Under the pieces are notes generated by a model. That model was given only the letters and a program-made list of their open reading frames with translations. It did no database searches and was not told the DNA's origin. Positions 41,395-51,187 of a stretch of DNA of 64,000 nucleotides are shown here, in pieces. Origin of the DNA: an uncultured Chloroflexia bacterium (lineage in GTDB: Bacteria; Chloroflexota; UBA6077; JACCZL01); assembly GCA_963765765.1 (NCBI GenBank), contig CAVXYC010000002.1:120257-184256 (forward strand), given 5' to 3'. The translations under genes were made by a program, and so were the position numbers. Positions within the stretch are counted from its first letter, which is position 1; each line of letters starts with the position of its first letter.

Positions 41395-41541
41395 CCGGCC
41401 AGGCTCTCGGCTGGTCGGGCCAAGGGTCCAGCGAAACTCCCTCGTCGTCCGTCGTCCGTCCCGCGTGGGCTCATTGCGGAGCGCCATTGAGGTGACTAGA
41501 CTGGTTGAGTCGCCGGCCTGGGAGGCTGGCGACGGGGAGAG

Positions 41542-42642
41542 ATGATGGCATCGAAGATTCGCGTTGGCACGGTAGGGGCAACCGTTACCCAGGGAGGAAG
41601 TGGTTGGGGTGCCAATGCTCATGTCCCCGCGTTGCGGGAGCTGCCCGATTTCGAGCTTAAGGCCGTCTGCACGGCCCACGAGGACACAGCAAAAGCCTCG
41701 GCAGAGGCCTTCGGCGCCGAGCTGGCGTTTCATGATTTCGAGGCGATGATCTCCCGACCTGACCTTGACCTCATCGCCGTTGTGGTGCGAGTGCCCGGCC
41801 ACCATGAGCTGGTCATGGCCGCTCTCGAAGCGGGGAAGAACGTCTTCTGTGAATGGCCGCTGGGCGCAAACCTCGCCGAAGCCGAGGCCATGGCCAATTT
41901 GGCGAGCGCTGCTTCGTTGCGCACGGCGGTGGGCCTGCAGGCGCGGAGCGACCCGACGTATATGTATGCTCGCGAGCTCGTCCAGCAGGGCCACATCGGT
42001 GAGGTAGTATCGGCGAGGCTCAGTGGGGTTGGTCAGGCGACGACTCGAAGAGGCAATGGTCGAATCTGGCAGGGCGATCGCCGGAATGGCGCCAATACGT
42101 TGACCATCGCCGGCGGCCACGCGATCGACGCACTCTGTTTCGTGCTAGGTGACTTCGAGGAGCTATCGGCCCGCCTCGCAACACGTATCACCGAATGGCA
42201 CAACACGGACACCGGCGAGACCATGCACGTTGATTCACCAGATTGGGTCAGTGTTGCTGGCCGCCTGGTGGGCGGTGCCGAGGTCTCGTACCTCATCACG
42301 ACGGTGCCGCTGAGTCCGAGCGGCAATCGATTCGAGATCTACGGCCGCGAGGGTACGCTGGTGATCTCGGGAGGGTCGCCTAACACTGGCCCCAGTCAGC
42401 TCCAGGGTGCGCGTGGCGACGAGCCGCTGGCGGCCATGGAGGTCCCCCAGCGGTTCATACTTGCTCCGGAGAGCACGCCCGCCGGTTCACCGCGAAACGT
42501 GGCCCAGGCGTACGCTCGGCTCGCGAGCTCCATTGCCGCGGGAGAACGCTTCCAGCCCGATTTCGCACACGCCGTGAAGACGCATGCACTCATAGCCGCG
42601 ATCGAAAGCTCGGCGGCCGAGGGGCGCACCGTTCGCCTGTAG
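41542..42642 (+). CDS. Gfo/Idh/MocA family oxidoreductase
   Basis: AGKNVFCEWPLG, GHAIDAL, EIYGREGTL. Confidence 0.93.
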   Translation: MMASKIRVGTVGATVTQGGSGWGANAHVPALRELPDFELKAVCTAHEDTAKASAEAFGAELAFHDFEAMISRPDLDLIAVVVRVPGHHELVMAALEAGKNVFCEWPLGANLAEAEAMANLASAASLRTAVGLQARSDPTYMYARELVQQGHIGEVVSARLSGVGQATTRRGNGRIWQGDRRNGANTLTIAGGHAIDALCFVLGDFEELSARLATRITEWHNTDTGETMHVDSPDWVSVAGRLVGGAEVSYLITTVPLSPSGNRFEIYGREGTLVISGGSPNTGPSQLQGARGDEPLAAMEVPQRFILAPESTPAGSPRNVAQAYARLASSIAAGERFQPDFAHAVKTHALIAAIESSAAEGRTVRL

Positions 42643-42755
42643 TGTCGTCCGGTGGGACAGGCGTCTATGCCTGTCCAACGACCGGTTCCAGAGTGATCGC
42701 CGTTCGTTGCGCCGGTGCGGTGGCCTGGGATCAGTTCCCGGGTCCTTGATTCCGG

Positions 42756-42953
42756 TCAGTGGTCGCCTTTGCCGCCCTCCTTACCTCGGGCGCTGCCACG
42801 CTGGCTGGGATGCTTGTTCGCCGCGCCCTGGCCCTGCTCCTGGCTGCCGCCCGACTGGCGGGCGCTGCCCTGCTGACCGCCCCGGCCGCGGCGGCTCTGC
42901 TTCTGGTTGGTGTCTTCGTTGGGGTGATTCGGCCGGTTCGGGTGCTCCGACAT
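42756..42953 (-). CDS. Small hydrophilic Gly/Gln-rich protein (hydrophilin/KGG-like)
   Basis: GGAG RBS; ends RGSARGKEGGKGDH. Confidence 0.55.
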   Translation of the reverse strand: MSEHPNRPNHPNEDTNQKQSRRGRGGQQGSARQSGGSQEQGQGAANKHPSQRGSARGKEGGKGDH

Positions 42954-43026
42954 GCCTGGCTCCATGCGTCAGTGTGATGTCCTCACGAGGCGCTCTGGCA
43001 AGGGCCGTACCGCGCCGTCGGCTGGC

Positions 43027-43854
43027 CTAGACCAGCTCCCGGATCGCCTCGAGCTGCGCAGGGTCGTCAGCGGGGGGATACATCACCGCGTCGTCGAAGC
43101 CGGCATCTTCGAGACGCCGAAGCCGGTCTCGAGCCTCGGCTGAGCTGCAGTGCAGGTTGAACAGCGCAGGCGTGCCGATCGGTCCTCGTTGGCGCTCAGG
43201 CCTCAGGTCGGTGTGAATGCTGGTGACCATCGCACGCTGGCCGCCAGCTTTGCGGAACATCCGTATCCCCAATTCGATATCGTCTAGCCCGGCGTGATTG
43301 CCGGACGCCATCCAGCCCTGACAGTGATGCGCGGCCAGGTTGATCCACCGTTCGCTTCGCCAGGCTCCGAGGTATACCGGTGGGCCGCCCTCGGTGCCCG
43401 GCCAGATGGAGATCGGTGGCCCGTAGACGCCCTCGCCTCGCCAGATGCGCTGCATCACCTCCAGGTGCTCGGGAAGTTTCTCGAATCGGGTCGCGTAGTC
43501 GACGTTCAGGGCATCAAAGTCGGCGCGTGTTGAACCGGCGCCGATGCCAAGGCGCAGCCGTCCGCCCGAGAGTAGGTTCAGGCTCTGTACACGGTGGGCG
43601 AGCTCCACCGGCGGCCGTAGTGGCAGCTGTACAACGCCGACTCCAAGCTCGATCGTCCTGGTGACCGGGCATAGAGCGGTCAGAACCGTCAGTGGATCCA
43701 GTGTCGCTGAGCCGCGGCCTACCGAATCGGTCACCCACAATCCCGAAAAGCCAAGCTCTTCTACCTTTTGGGCAAGATCGACGAGCTGCTCGACGATCGA
43801 ACGAGAGTCAGCGACCTTCAAGTGTCGCGACACCATGGCGATTCCAAGCCTCAT
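43027..43854 (-). CDS. LLM-class flavin-dependent oxidoreductase
   Basis: EELGFSGLWVTD, LDPLTVL, LSGGRLRLGIGAG. Confidence 0.9.
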   Translation of the reverse strand: MRLGIAMVSRHLKVADSRSIVEQLVDLAQKVEELGFSGLWVTDSVGRGSATLDPLTVLTALCPVTRTIELGVGVVQLPLRPPVELAHRVQSLNLLSGGRLRLGIGAGSTRADFDALNVDYATRFEKLPEHLEVMQRIWRGEGVYGPPISIWPGTEGGPPVYLGAWRSERWINLAAHHCQGWMASGNHAGLDDIELGIRMFRKAGGQRAMVTSIHTDLRPERQRGPIGTPALFNLHCSSAEARDRLRRLEDAGFDDAVMYPPADDPAQLEAIRELV

Positions 43855-44013
43855 AGCATGTTTCTCCGCGGGGCACGCACGCTTTTCCGCGAACGCGCGC
43901 TCCTAGCGTAACGCGTCTATCGAGGCGATGGCGATGAGCCTTTCGACGCTGCGCGCCAGCCCCGAGTCGAGCGGTAGCAAGAGGCTTGTCGGACAAAGTG
44001 GTATGCTAATCGC

Positions 44014-44247
44014 ATGACGACACAGGTAGCGGTTCGACTCCCTGCTGATCTTGTCGATCGGCTGGACGCGTTGGTTCCCATCACGCATCCATCCCGATCG
44101 GAAGCTGTGCGCCGCGCCATCGAACTGTACCTCTATCGGCTAGCCTGCGAGCAGGATGCACGCAAGTATGAGGAGCTACCGCTGACTGACGCGGAGCTTG
44201 CTCTAGCGGACGATCCGAGTGGGTGGAAAGAAACGCCGCAATGGTGA
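44014..44247 (+). CDS. Ribbon-helix-helix antitoxin (MazE-type partner)
   Basis: QVAVRLPADLVDRLD...SRSEAVRRAI; overlaps the toxin gene. Confidence 0.85.
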   Translation: MTTQVAVRLPADLVDRLDALVPITHPSRSEAVRRAIELYLYRLACEQDARKYEELPLTDAELALADDPSGWKETPQW

Positions 44248-44549
44248 GGGGCGAGGTCTGGTGGGCCGAGACGCCCGGGGGTGATCGGCCGGTTCTCGTG
44301 CTGACCCGGGACCCGGTGGCCGACCGTATTGGGGCCGTGGTGGTAGCGGCCTGCACTCGAACCATCCGAGGGATAACGAGTGAGCTGCCACTGGGCCCCG
44401 AAGACGGCATGCCAGATAGGTGTGTCGCGACGTTTGACAATGTCCATACGCTGCGCCGCGAGGCCTTCCGTCGCCCAATAACCCGTCTATCTACGATGAA
44501 AATGGTCGAAGCGTGTCAGGTGATGTCCAGAGCGCTTGGCTGTGTTTGA
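44241..44549 (+). CDS. mazF: PemK/MazF family endoribonuclease toxin
   Basis: RGEVWWA..GGDRPVLVLTR, TRTIRG, DNVHT. Confidence 0.88.
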   Translation: MVRGEVWWAETPGGDRPVLVLTRDPVADRIGAVVVAACTRTIRGITSELPLGPEDGMPDRCVATFDNVHTLRREAFRRPITRLSTMKMVEACQVMSRALGCV

Positions 44550-44710
44550 CTAGTAGGACTAATCTTCAATCGGCTTGAGCCACGGGGGGTGCGTCCCTGC
44601 GCGGGGTGAGTGCAACACACGTCGCGGGACCGGTGGCAGGGCAAGTCTGCCTTCGACGGATCATCTGGCAGTGCTGGGCCTGTTCCAGGGCAGCCTTCCG
44701 CGCAGATGCC

Positions 44711-44990
44711 CTACTGAAAAAGACCACTCCAGCATTTGACGCGCTCCGAGAGCCCGGTAATGGCAGCCTGGGTATCCTGCCGCGGTAGCAGCTTCCTGTC
44801 CAGGCTGGTCTCCGGGAACTTCACCGGCACGTCAGCGCGCACCGGACCGTAGCCATTGTCAGTAAGCGCCAGCTGCACCTGTTTCGAAAGGCTCCACTCC
44901 ATCCACAGCCTGGCCGCGTTGGGGTGCGGACGTCGGGCCCAGTCCGGCAAGCTGACGCTCGAATAATTCCGCCTCCCGGATAATGCCCTC
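44711..44990 (-). pseudogene. C-terminal remnant of an ABC (Fe/thiamine/polyamine-type) substrate-binding protein
   Basis: PHPNAARLWMEWSLS...GPVRADV; no N-terminal part upstream. Confidence 0.65.
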
Positions 44991-45056
44991 GGGTTCCGCG
45001 ACCAATCCCCTGAGCTGCATGTTCGGAATTAGCGGCTGTCAAGCGATGGTATAGGT

Positions 45057-45581
45057 ATGAGAGGTAATCAACCGCTGCCCGAGGAGAGCGACCCTGTGCT
45101 GGCCATCTATCGCGTGGCCTTGCCGCGGGTGTACGGCTATCTGCTCCCGCGCTGTGGGAGCGCCGAGCTGGCTGAGGATCTGACCAGCGAGACGTTCCTC
45201 GCGGCCGTCAACGCCAGCCGACAGGGCAGGCTGACCGAGGTGAGTACCGCCTGGCTCGTGGGCGTGGCGCGCCACAAACTGGTCGACTACTGGCGTCGGC
45301 TCGAGCGCGAGCAGCGCAGCCTCGCCGCAGCGGAAGCTTCGGTGACGGACGTTGACGATCCGTGGGACGAATGGCTCGACTGCGAGGCGGCGTATGCCGC
45401 CCTGGTGCATTTGCCGATACCACAGCGGGCGGCGCTGACACTGCGCTATCTCGACGGACTCTCGGTCGCCGACGTGGCCGAGCATCTCGGGCGAACCTTC
45501 CATGGTACTGAGACGCTCCTGGCCCGCTCGCGCGCCGCGTTGCGCCGCCATTACGAAGAAGGACTGCACCATGCCCGCTGA
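45057..45581 (+). CDS. ECF RNA polymerase sigma factor
   Basis: AEDLTSETFL, WLVGVARHKLVD, LRYLDGLSVADVAEHLG. Confidence 0.92.
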   Translation: MRGNQPLPEESDPVLAIYRVALPRVYGYLLPRCGSAELAEDLTSETFLAAVNASRQGRLTEVSTAWLVGVARHKLVDYWRRLEREQRSLAAAEASVTDVDDPWDEWLDCEAAYAALVHLPIPQRAALTLRYLDGLSVADVAEHLGRTFHGTETLLARSRAALRRHYEEGLHHAR

Positions 45582-46083
45582 TCCGCTCGACGCATTGCGA
45601 TTGCCGGTCGTGCCCGTGGAGCCTCGATCGGAGTTTGCAGAGGCCCTGCTGCGGCGCATGCAGTCGGTCGACCCATCTGAGCGCCGCACGACCCCCACTA
45701 TTCGCTATTTCGTCAGTGACATGGACACCGCGGTCGACTTCTATCGCCAGCATCTGGGCTTCGAGGAGGAGCTTCGCCCTAACCCCGTGTTCGCGATGCT
45801 GTATCGGGACGACCTGCGGCTGCTGCTGAGCGTACCTGGCACCCACCCAGGCGGGCACTCGCTGCCCGATGGCACGCTTCCCACACCCGGGGGATGGAAT
45901 CGTATCTTGATCCAGGTCGCTGACTTAGACACGACAATCGAGTCTCTGCGCCGCGCAGGGGTCCACTTCCGCGATGACCAGCCCAGTGGAGTTGCCGTCA
46001 GACAGGTCCTGCTCGAGGACCCATCTGGTAATCCGATCGAGTTGTTCGAACCCGCCAGCGGGTACCACGAGCGACAACGCTAA
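45571..46083 (+). CDS. VOC family protein with a short N-terminal extension
   Basis: IRYFVSDMDTAVDFY, PGGWNR, EDPSGNPIELF. Confidence 0.88.
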   Translation: MPADPLDALRLPVVPVEPRSEFAEALLRRMQSVDPSERRTTPTIRYFVSDMDTAVDFYRQHLGFEEELRPNPVFAMLYRDDLRLLLSVPGTHPGGHSLPDGTLPTPGGWNRILIQVADLDTTIESLRRAGVHFRDDQPSGVAVRQVLLEDPSGNPIELFEPASGYHERQR

Positions 46084-46114
46084 ATCACCCGACCACGAAA
46101 AGGAGCATGCCCTT

Positions 46115-46528
46115 ATGGCCACTGTACAGGTTCGTTACATCGTCAATGACGTCGACGCCGCAATCGACTTCTACTGCCAGCATCTCGGCTTCACCGAGCT
46201 CATGCGTAACTCGCCGATATTCGCCATGCTGACGCGAGGCGACCTGCGCCTGGTGCTGTCCCAACCAGGTGGGCGACAGAACCAGGGAGGCGCCTCGACC
46301 CTCGCTGATGGTCGGGCTCCAGAGCCTGGCGGCTGGAATCGCTTTGCCGTCGAGGTCACCGACCTCGACGATACGGTCGAGCGACTCCGCGGTGCGGGCG
46401 TGCGCTTTCGGAGCGACATTATCCGGGGTACCGGCGGCAACCAGGCATTGGTCGAGGACCCCTCTGGCAATCCCATTGAGCTGTTCCAGCCGCTGAGACC
46501 CGAAGCGCGGCTGGAACCTGCCACGTAA
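46115..46528 (+). CDS. VOC family protein (tandem paralog)
   Basis: VRYIVNDVDAAIDFY, PGGWNR, EDPSGNPIELF. Confidence 0.9.
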   Translation: MATVQVRYIVNDVDAAIDFYCQHLGFTELMRNSPIFAMLTRGDLRLVLSQPGGRQNQGGASTLADGRAPEPGGWNRFAVEVTDLDDTVERLRGAGVRFRSDIIRGTGGNQALVEDPSGNPIELFQPLRPEARLEPAT

Positions 46529-46529
46529 G

Positions 46530-46623
46530 AGCCACTGCTCTTGCTTGGTCTCGTCCGTCCAGGCGGCCAGGCCAGATGATTCAGCACGCCAACAGCGCCG
46601 ACCAAACACCAACGGCCCGGCCA
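46530..46623 (+). repeat. Degenerate direct repeat, copy A
   Basis: gccactgctc..tccgtcca..ccagatgattcagcac..cagcgccgacc..cccggcca recurs at 48347. Confidence 0.8.
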
Positions 46624-46844
46624 CGCTGCAACTGGCGCGCGGCAATCGGTATGTCGGAGAGCTAACGACTCCGGTTGGTCAGGTCATCGACAGGCGATTC
46701 CCGATGGGACTGATCCGTGTCTGGGAACGCTCCTGGACATCGTGATGTTGATGCAACTCCGCGATCGTGAGCGCACCTAAGCCGAGTTCGTCGCATCGTT
46801 GAAAGAAGCCGAGGTAAGGCACATTGAGACAATTAGATCTAACC

Positions 46845-48233
46845 ATGGCCGACGTGACTGATGGTTGCGGGAGCTCTGTGGCGCAGGCCGACAATGGACG
46901 GAACCGGTGGTGGTTAGTCGTCGCGGCCGGCTTGGCCGTGTTCATGGCGTCCGTGGACCTAAGCATCGTCACTGTCGCGCTGCCGGCGATAGAGCGTGAC
47001 TTCGAGACTGCCACGAATATGACCGAGTGGATAGTCCTCGCCTACCTGCTGCCACTCGCTGGCTTGGCGCTGCCGAGCGGCCGGTGGTTGGACAGCGTCG
47101 GGCGACGCCCGGCCCTGGTGTTTTCGCTCACCGGCTTCGCTCTCGCGAGTGCCGCGGCGGGGCTGGCGCCCAGCTTCGCTTGGTTGATTGGTGCGCGACT
47201 GGTCCAGGGAACCTTCGGTGCGCTCCTCTTTTCACTGGTTCCAGCGTTGGCCGCGACGGCCGTTCGGCCCCAGGCGCGTGGCCGAGCGATGGGGCTGATC
47301 ACGACCCTCGGCCCGCTCGGACTTATCAGCGGGCCGGGGCTGGGCGGCATGGTCGTCGATGTGCTGGGCTGGCCGTGGATCTTCTTTATCAACGTCCCAG
47401 TGAGCGTCCTCGTTATGGCGATCGGACTGCGCATGCTACCGACGAGCGCGCCACTGAGGGTGCCCGATCGTACGTGGTTTACTGAGTCTCTGCTACTCAG
47501 CTCAGCTGTCGCCGCGCTCTTACTCTCCCTTTCCTTGACGGCGAGCGAGGGTCCGGTGTGGCTTATCCTCGCCCTCTTTGGGGTGTCGTTGCTCTTCGTG
47601 TGGCTCCGAATGCCCGTTAGTGGCACCGTCCGTGATCTCTTCCGTTTGCCGGGAGAGGTGGGGCCGCATGTTGCGCTGGTCTCGGGGGCAACGGCCATCG
47701 GCACCGTCTTCTTCATTACGCCCTACTTCATGCAACGGGAGCTCGGCGAGTCGCTGTCGGCCGCCGGGGTTACGATCCTGGCCTTCCCTGCGGGCATGGC
47801 CCTGATGGGACCAGTTGGCGGCTTCTTAGGTGACTGGTGGGGGCGCCGCAGGACCGCCATCCTGGGAGCAGTACTCTTTACCGTGGGCTTGGCGCTTCTC
47901 CTACCGATGGACGACTCATGGCACCTCGCCGATCTCGCGTGGCGGCTATTCTTGGCTGGCTGCGGAAACGGACTGTTCAACGCTCCCAACATGGCAATGG
48001 CAATGACCCACACACCGCGGCCGTTGTTGGCGACCACAGGTGCATCGACCAGTCTCGCCCGCCACATGGGATTCGCCCTGGGGCCCGCGCTGGCCACGCT
48101 GGTCTGGTCTATCTACGCCTATGAGCCTGAGGGGATGCGGGGAGCCATGACTCTGGCGGCGGTGCTCAGCGCGTTGTCGGTCGTTGCCCTCGTGCGCACC
48201 CGAGTAACAGGCGAGCAGGCGGCGGTGGCCTAG
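46845..48233 (+). CDS. MFS transporter, DHA2 (EmrB/QacA-like)
   Basis: DLSIVTVALP, GRWLDSVGRR, LGWPWIFFINVP, many TM segments. Confidence 0.92.
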   Translation: MADVTDGCGSSVAQADNGRNRWWLVVAAGLAVFMASVDLSIVTVALPAIERDFETATNMTEWIVLAYLLPLAGLALPSGRWLDSVGRRPALVFSLTGFALASAAAGLAPSFAWLIGARLVQGTFGALLFSLVPALAATAVRPQARGRAMGLITTLGPLGLISGPGLGGMVVDVLGWPWIFFINVPVSVLVMAIGLRMLPTSAPLRVPDRTWFTESLLLSSAVAALLLSLSLTASEGPVWLILALFGVSLLFVWLRMPVSGTVRDLFRLPGEVGPHVALVSGATAIGTVFFITPYFMQRELGESLSAAGVTILAFPAGMALMGPVGGFLGDWWGRRRTAILGAVLFTVGLALLLPMDDSWHLADLAWRLFLAGCGNGLFNAPNMAMAMTHTPRPLLATTGASTSLARHMGFALGPALATLVWSIYAYEPEGMRGAMTLAAVLSALSVVALVRTRVTGEQAAVA

Positions 48234-48346
48234 CCACGAGCCGCTGTTGATGTGTTCTCATTTCGATGTGAATTGGACAGAAGGAGGAATAGCGCGCTTC
48301 CTCCAAAAGCCAGGCCTACCAGGGAACTCTCGCGTCTACCAGCTGA

Positions 48347-48470
48347 AGCCACTGCTCCTTACTTGATCTCATCCGTCCAAGGCGGACCGACCAGATGATT
48401 CAGCACACCAACTCGGTTCACGTGCGGTAAACCCCGCCACCAGCGCCGACCGAACACCAGCGCCCGGCCA
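48347..48470 (+). repeat. Degenerate direct repeat, copy B (with ~29 extra nt)
   Basis: Aligns to 46530-46623. Confidence 0.8.
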
Positions 48471-48498
48471 GGCTTGCCTAACACTTGTGAAGAGTTAA

Positions 48499-48558
48499 GA
48501 GTGAAAAGTTAGGGGTTGCGGTGAAGGATATTCACTCTTAACTTTTCACTCTTAACTC
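48499..48558. repeat. AT-rich short-unit inverted repeat (GAGTTAAGAGTGAAAAGTTA / TAACTTTTCACTCTTAACTC)
   Basis: 20-bp perfect arms between convergent genes; possible bidirectional terminator. Confidence 0.7.
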
Positions 48559-48582
48559 GGGCCTTAGGGGTTGTCCGAAACC

Positions 48583-49476
48583 TCAATCAGCCTGAGCAGC
48601 GGTGGGCCCGTCGCCGCGGAGGGTGGTGCGGCGCACGTCCCGAGGCTCGTCGGCGGGGAAGGGCCGGCCGCGATGCATGACCTGGCGGTTGTCCCACATC
48701 ACCAGGTCGCCAACGCTCCACTTATGGGAGTAGACGAACTCTCGCTGGGTGGCGTGCTCAATGAGATCGCGGAGGAACATCCGCGCCTCGGGGACGGGCC
48801 AGCCCACGATGCCGCCCGCGTGCGAGGCCAGGTAGACGGACTTGCGGCCGGTTACCGGGTGCGTGCGGACCATGCACTGGCGTACGGGCTTGAATCGTTC
48901 TCGCTCCTCGTCGGTGAGGTCGAAGAAGCCGATCTGCTGGCGCGAGAAGATCTGCGAGTGCTCGCAGACGAGGTCCTCGATCTCGGCCTTTGTTTCGGCC
49001 GGGAGGGCGTCGTAGGCGGCGCGCATGTCGGCGAACTCGGTGTTGCCGCCGCTTGACGGAATGCTGCACGCTCGTAGCGCCGAGTACTTCGCTGGAACGA
49101 CCTTGAACGAGCTGTCGGAATGCCACAGGCGGTTGCCGAGAGCGAAGAGCCGGCGCCGGTCGTCCCGGGCAAAGACCTGCTGATCCTTGTCCAGATTGGA
49201 GACGTCAGCAAACGTGGTGGGGAGGCGGTACTCGTCGGGCTCGCGCAGGCTCGTGCCGACCGCGTGCTCGAGCTCGCCGAGGCTCCGGGAGAACGCAAGG
49301 TGCTGCTCGTCATCGATGTGCTGATCGTGGAAGACGAGCACCGCGTACTCGTCCATCCCGGCATGAACTGCCGCAACCTCGTCGGGCGAGAGCGGCTGGC
49401 GCAGGTCGATCCCGTCGACCTCGGCGGCAAAGCACGGCCCTATCTGATGCATCTTGAGGTTCATCGTGACGCTCAT
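48583..49476 (-). CDS. TauD/TfdA dioxygenase (TfdA-like)
   Basis: GNRLWHSDSSF, GGNTEFADMRAAYD, WDNRQVMHRG. Confidence 0.93.
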   Translation of the reverse strand: MSVTMNLKMHQIGPCFAAEVDGIDLRQPLSPDEVAAVHAGMDEYAVLVFHDQHIDDEQHLAFSRSLGELEHAVGTSLREPDEYRLPTTFADVSNLDKDQQVFARDDRRRLFALGNRLWHSDSSFKVVPAKYSALRACSIPSSGGNTEFADMRAAYDALPAETKAEIEDLVCEHSQIFSRQQIGFFDLTDEERERFKPVRQCMVRTHPVTGRKSVYLASHAGGIVGWPVPEARMFLRDLIEHATQREFVYSHKWSVGDLVMWDNRQVMHRGRPFPADEPRDVRRTTLRGDGPTAAQAD

Positions 49477-49577
49477 CGCGGAGCCCTCCTACCTCGTAAG
49501 GCTGGCATTCTAGGCAATGTCCGGGCATAGCATAAGTCGGATCCATCAAAAAGCCAATCGCCGAGCTTTGGGGAGTA

Positions 49578-50805
49578 GTCATCGAAACATATGACGTCAT
49601 CGTAGTGGGCCTGGGCGGCGTCGGTAGCGCCGCGCTCTACCAGCTGGCTGGTCGGCAAAAGCGTGTGCTGGGGCTGGATCAATTCGCGCCGCCGCACGCC
49701 TTCGGATCATCTCACGGCGACTCACGGATCACCCGCCAGGCCATCGGCGAAAACGCTGCCTACACTCCGCTCGCTCTACGTTCCCATGAAATCTGGCGCG
49801 ATCTGGAGCAGCAGACCGGCGAGGAGCTCATGGTTGTCGCTGGCGGGCTCGATGATGGCCCCGGAAACCAGTACCGAGGTCTTCCACGGTACGCCAGCCT
49901 TTCTCGCTCAGACCATTGCGGCCGCGCGGGAGTACGGAATCGCCCACGAGCTACTCAGTAGCCGTGACATCGCTCAACGCTTCCCGCAGTTTCAATTGGT
50001 TGGGTCGGAGGTCGGCTACTACGAGCCGGGCGCGGGGGTACTGCGTCCGGAGCGTTGCGTGGCCGCCCATCTGGAACAGGCGGCGGTGCGGGGCGCCTCG
50101 ATTCACACCAACGAGCGCGTCCTCGCGCTTGACTCTGGTGCGGGAGGGACCTCCATCATCGTCCGGACAGAGCGCGGAACGTACGAGGCGGGCGCCGTGG
50201 TCATCGCCGCGGGGCCGTGGGTAGCCAGGTTCGCGCCGCCAGCCTGGCAGCGCCACATGCGCGTGACCCGCCAGGTCATGTACTGGTTTCGTCCCCTACG
50301 CGATCAGGAGTTTCGTCCAGGAACGTTCCCAGTGTTCGTGTGGATCTTCGGAAACCGCTTCTTCTATGGCTTGCCATCGATGGACGGCCCAGTGGCCGGA
50401 GTGAAAGTCGCGACGGAGCAGAATGACGTTCAGACGACCGCGGACACGGTTGATCGAGTTGTGACCAGCGCCGAGATCGAGACGTTCGCGCGCGATTATC
50501 TCGCTGAGCGCCTACCCGGTTTGACTGATGAGTGCGTCCGAGCCGCCACGTGCCTGTACACACAGACTCCCGGAGCCGACTTCCTCATTGACCGGCACTC
50601 GGACCTGCCGGGCGTCATTGTCGCCTCTCCATGCTCGGGGCACGGTTTCAAACACACCGCGGCGCTGGGCGAGGTACTGGCTGACATGATCGACGGACGC
50701 TCTCCGCGAGTAGATCCGTCCCTGTTCTCCAGCCACCGCGCTACGGGTGTCTCCCAAACGGCCACGGCAAATCCTGACTTAACGGAGGCCGATCACAGCT
50801 CATAG
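49578..50805 (+). CDS. solA: N-methyl-L-tryptophan/sarcosine oxidase family (frameshift near 49850; start uncertain)
   Basis: YDVIVVGLGGVG, GSSHGDSRITR, CLYT, SPCSGHGFK. Confidence 0.85.
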
Positions 50806-51068
50806 TCCCATTCTTGCCAGGGCAGCGTATCTCGACGGATGGAACGGCGCAGGACCCAATCTTGAACGCGCTTTCTGCTGCGCTGGTTCATGTCGAGGTG
50901 GCACGGACAGTCGCATCTCTTCTGCCCCCCGAGCTGATGAATGTTTTCCGCTTCCTGCTTCTCTGGCGTGACCATCCCGCTGCACATCCCATGCTGAAGC
51001 TCGTTTCCATTCACGAGCCCCCGCTCGTCCAGCTCCCCTGCTAGAGCGCACGCGATCGTCAGCGTCAC
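50793..51068 (-). CDS. Small hypothetical Cys/His protein (C...H..C...CDCPCH)
   Basis: 91-aa ORF, most protein-like of the overlapping frames. Confidence 0.45.
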   Translation of the reverse strand: MTLTIACALAGELDERGLVNGNELQHGMCSGMVTPEKQEAENIHQLGGQKRCDCPCHLDMNQRSRKRVQDWVLRRSIRRDTLPWQEWDYEL

Positions 51069-51187
51069 TCACCCAGATCCAGTCGATGCGTTGGGGTTGG
51101 GTCAGGCTATCTGACGTTCAGTGTAGTCGCTGCGGCGCGCCCGTGTGACAGGGTGCTCGGGCGCCGGCAGGGGACGATTGAGGCCGA

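Noticed and set aside
48476-48523. attC-like GCCTAAC...GTTAGGG
   Set aside because: Too short, no internal L-box complementarity, no integrase; overlaps a simple repeat
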